A stretch of DNA of 62,926 nt, the filler included. It is 4 parts of 4 records of this genome, joined end to end, with 100 filler letters (N's around TTAATTAATTAA, not from the genome) between each part and the next. Parts side by side here need not be neighbours in the genome. Positions count along the whole stretch, not along the records: positions 41,881 to 62,926 come from SRR31156797_519; 3 more parts are not named here. One strand, given 5' to 3'. Positions within the stretch are counted from its first letter, which is position 1. Each line of letters opens with the position of its first letter. The translations under genes were made by a program, and so were the position numbers. A model generated the notes under the pieces. The model saw only the letters and a program-made list of their open reading frames with translations. It searched no databases and was not told the origin of the DNA. Shown in pieces: positions 59,963 to 62,926 of the stretch.

Positions 59963-60685
59963 ATGGATTCCAAAAAAAACAAGGTTTACGCTCATTTTAA
60001 CACTGTAGATCATTATCTAACCCAACAGTTTGATATCAAGGTCCGTTCTGAAATTGTCAAAGACCTTGTCGGTGGCATTCCTGAAGATAAGAATATTCTG
60101 GATCTTGGCTGCGGTGACGGTTCAATTTCACTACAGTTCCAATCTGAAACCAATTTTTTGACCCTTGTTGATCTATCAGAAAATATGCTTAAGCAGGCCC
60201 GTTTAAACAGTCTTTACGAATATTCTGATCATATGGAACTTATAAAGGCTGAAGCCGAGTCTTTTTTGCCGGGGAAAAAATATGACATTATCATTGCCGT
60301 TGGTCTGCTTGCCCATGTTGATTCAGTCATAAAAACACTTGAATCGATATCGGATTTATTAAATCCAAATGGTTTTTGCCTCATCCAAATTACTGATGAA
60401 TCCCGTTTTTTTTCTAAGCTGCTGCAAATATACAACCGGATTCTGGATAAATTGACCGGGCAGTTCGGTTACCCACGAAACCGACTGTCATTTGCAAAAA
60501 TCATTAACGATGCAAAACAATACGGCTTGAAATACGACACATCGCAGCAATATTCCCTGACCTTTCCTGGGTTCACATCTTTGTTGCCTAATCACCTGAT
60601 GTACAGGTATCATAATTTTGTCAGGAAGAATGCGTTTCTTTCCTCTTTTGGCACCGACTTTATCATCAAATTTCAAAAAAAATAA
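59963..60685 (+). CDS. Class I SAM-dependent methyltransferase
   Basis: ILDLGCGDG, VDLSENML and LNPNG. Confidence 0.88.
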   Translation: MDSKKNKVYAHFNTVDHYLTQQFDIKVRSEIVKDLVGGIPEDKNILDLGCGDGSISLQFQSETNFLTLVDLSENMLKQARLNSLYEYSDHMELIKAEAESFLPGKKYDIIIAVGLLAHVDSVIKTLESISDLLNPNGFCLIQITDESRFFSKLLQIYNRILDKLTGQFGYPRNRLSFAKIINDAKQYGLKYDTSQQYSLTFPGFTSLLPNHLMYRYHNFVRKNAFLSSFGTDFIIKFQKK

Positions 60686-60686
60686 T

Positions 60687-61556
60687 ATGAAAATACCATC
60701 CGGCTGTTTCGCTATGATTTCCAAATCTCTTGTTAACTCAGGATTTATCGGAAAAGTCTCTCCGGAAGATCCGGATGAGCTGGCGGCGCATTATCTCGAT
60801 AAAAAAAGACTGGATGAGCAGATCGACCTTATAGAACAATACCAGAAAATTGAAGGTTATTTTCTGGAAATCGGATCAGGTTTTGGCGGCCTTGTAACCT
60901 ACCTCAACACCGGAGCAGAAAGATGCTGTCGTGCTTATGGAATAGAACCTAGCGCAGATGCTTATACAGGTACTTTTGCTGTGACAAAAAGACTTGCAAA
61001 AGAGAATAATATTTCCGGCAAATTCGTTAGCGCCTGTGGAGAAGAAATCCCGTTTAAATCAAATTATTTTGATATTATTTATTCCACCAGTGTACTTGAA
61101 CATGTGAAAGATCCTGGAAAGGTTGTTTCTGAAGCAATCCGCGTACTAAAACCGGGCGGGCTGTTTCAGTTTATTATCCCCAACTACAGCTCGTGGTGGG
61201 AGGGTCATTATGGTGTTTTAATGCTCCCGGTGATGACAAAAAAAATATTTAAAGTTTATGTGAAACTCCTGGGGAGAGACCCTGTCTTTGTTGATACCCT
61301 ACAATTTACCGATAAGAAAATGTTAAAAAGGATATTAGCACCCTATTCCGGCCAAATAGAGATCTTATCATGGGGGAACCGCCTGTTTGAACACCGGTTA
61401 AAAAATATTGATTTTTCTGACTGGGCCTCATTGGGAAAACTTAAAAAATGGGTTGTGCTGCTCCACAAGACAGGGCTGGTAACTATTGGATTAAAACTCT
61501 GCAGGCTTCTGAATTGGGAAACACCTTTTGTTTTAACCTTGAGGAAAAAAAAATGA
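60687..61556 (+). CDS. Class I SAM-dependent methyltransferase
   Basis: LEIGSGFG and VLEHV.D...RVLKPGG. Start ATG 60687. Confidence 0.88.
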   Translation: MKIPSGCFAMISKSLVNSGFIGKVSPEDPDELAAHYLDKKRLDEQIDLIEQYQKIEGYFLEIGSGFGGLVTYLNTGAERCCRAYGIEPSADAYTGTFAVTKRLAKENNISGKFVSACGEEIPFKSNYFDIIYSTSVLEHVKDPGKVVSEAIRVLKPGGLFQFIIPNYSSWWEGHYGVLMLPVMTKKIFKVYVKLLGRDPVFVDTLQFTDKKMLKRILAPYSGQIEILSWGNRLFEHRLKNIDFSDWASLGKLKKWVVLLHKTGLVTIGLKLCRLLNWETPFVLTLRKKK

Positions 61557-61557
61557 T

Positions 61558-62661
61558 ATGATCAGGCTCGTATTTGTTTCAACACTTACATACAATTATT
61601 TTTTCCCGGGCCAGGTAAAAGAGGCCGGAGGCCACACCAGGATCGCTAATCTTGCAAGAGCTTTTGCAAAGCGCCCTGAATACGAGGTTTTTTGCATCAC
61701 AGGCGATTTCGGCCAGCCCCGGCAGATGGAGAAGGACGGCGTAAAATTTATCAAATCACCCATTGACAGGCCAGCCCACGTTATCAGTGTTATGAAAGAC
61801 ATTAAAAAGCTGAACCCTGATCTACTGGTTGATTTCTGTGCGTCACCAAGGCTTTTTCTATATTCTACACTAAAAAAAAAAACCGAATTAAGATATATTT
61901 TTCTAACCGCACACGATATTGATGTCAATGGGAAATACGCAAAAGTCGAAAATTTTCTATATAATTATTTTTATATGAAAGGGCTTAAGAACGCAGACGG
62001 CATTATTGCCCAAGTTCCTTATCACCAAAGACAGCTCAAAGACAATTGGGGGCTTAAATCCCACTTGGTGCTTTCCCCGTATTTTGAAATCAAAAAATCT
62101 GAAAAAGGCCCCTCGAACAGTGTGCTATGGGTGGGAAGAGCCGCTTTTTATAAACGCCCGGAGCTTTTTTTAACCTTGGTTCGGGAATTCCCGGACAACA
62201 ACTTTATAATGATTTGTAACAAAAGTGATTATGACAAAGGATTTTCAAGATTAGTATCCTGCCAAAAAAAGCAGCTTAAAAACTTAGAGTTTCATGATTA
62301 TGTGCCTTACCCTGAAATGGAAAACTTCTATAAACGAGCTCGGTTTTTAGTTAACACATCCGATTCTGAAGGCTTTGCCAACACATTTATTGAGGCTGCC
62401 CTCCACCAGACCCCTATCCTTTCCCTAAATTCCGATCCCAACCAGATGCTATCTATTCATGGCGGGGGCTTCGCTTGTAGAGGCGATCTTAACCAGCTGA
62501 AAAAAAGATGTAGTATCCTGCTCAAAAATGATGAACTGGTTACAAACACCGGGAAAAAAGCGTTTAAATATGCGTATAAATATCACAGCATCGAAAAAGC
62601 TGTTTCCCGGATGGACAAAATATTTAAATCAATTTTATTCCCTGTATTTCCCAGCCAATGA
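61558..62661 (+). CDS. Glycosyltransferase family 4
   Basis: LWVGR...KRPE and NTSDSEGFANTFIEA. Confidence 0.9.
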   Translation: MIRLVFVSTLTYNYFFPGQVKEAGGHTRIANLARAFAKRPEYEVFCITGDFGQPRQMEKDGVKFIKSPIDRPAHVISVMKDIKKLNPDLLVDFCASPRLFLYSTLKKKTELRYIFLTAHDIDVNGKYAKVENFLYNYFYMKGLKNADGIIAQVPYHQRQLKDNWGLKSHLVLSPYFEIKKSEKGPSNSVLWVGRAAFYKRPELFLTLVREFPDNNFIMICNKSDYDKGFSRLVSCQKKQLKNLEFHDYVPYPEMENFYKRARFLVNTSDSEGFANTFIEAALHQTPILSLNSDPNQMLSIHGGGFACRGDLNQLKKRCSILLKNDELVTNTGKKAFKYAYKYHSIEKAVSRMDKIFKSILFPVFPSQ

Positions 62662-62677
62662 TGGGCAATACACTTTA

Positions 62678-62760
62678 GAGCCAGTTTAAAAAGAGATGAA
62701 TCGGCTGCAATCACTTGAGAATAAGATTTCGCTTTGATTCACTAATTTTTAAACTGGCTC
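62678..62760. mobile_element. 83-bp MITE-like element (IS5-family-like ends)
   Basis: Perfect 15-bp terminal inverted repeats, GAGCCAGTTTAAAAA (62678-62692) and TTTTTAAACTGGCTC (62746-62760). TTA direct repeats flank them (62675-62677 and 62761-62763). Confidence 0.7.
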
Positions 62761-62926
62761 TTAGTGGTTTTAAAGTCTTTTTGCCCAATGCCGCCTTTTT
62801 TCCAGTGTTTCAACACCCGGCTTGACAAACCGGCTGCAACCAGCGTATTTGCTTGGCTATTATTTATTGAATGATTACAAAAAAAACAGGTGGAACATAT
62901 TATGAATCTACACCACTGGTGGCTGG

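Noticed and set aside
1-62926. CRISPR array, rRNA, retron or reverse transcriptase
   Set aside because: I saw no regularly spaced direct repeats, rRNA-like sequence or RT motifs by eye. A covariance-model search would be needed to exclude small ncRNAs.

Overview
This window is not one locus. It is four contigs joined by 100-nt artificial linkers (N-run + TTAATTAATTAA + N-run) at 18658-18757, 31928-32027 and 41781-41880, so no linkage can be inferred across them. Contig 1 (1-18657, Deltaproteobacteria-like) is a defence island downstream of the 3' end of polB. It holds fused remnants of a WYL regulator and an ARPP-1/DUF6569 gene, a DUF932-like gene, a broken SNF2 helicase, DUF4391, type III restriction-modification Mod/Res, an intact SIR2-HerA pair coupled directly to sbcD-sbcC, and an IS3 remnant. 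Contig 2 (18758-31927, Deltaproteobacteria-like) is an accessory and partly decaying region: proline dehydrogenase end, secreted tannase/feruloyl-esterase, MazE/F with a truncated toxin, a tandem GNAT array, CoA-transferase, MoaD/ThiS, DUF3795, an Fe-S protein, an FeS-LuxR regulator and DUF3786. Contig 3 (32028-41780, Bacteroidetes) encodes T9SS cargo: two C10 peptidase-CUB-CUB paralogs and an Omp28-PKD-LamG protein, plus a TPR-LuxR regulator and the start of a probable tRNA-Glu. Contig 4 (41881-62926, AT-rich) is a surface-glycan cluster with many glycosyltransferases and methyltransferases, a carbamoyltransferase, an embedded DUF4956-CotH-VTC module and a small MITE. The best candidates for new biology are the RM III-SIR2-HerA-SbcD-SbcC operon and the DUF4956/CotH/VTC module. 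All family calls come from motif recognition by eye; no searches were run.
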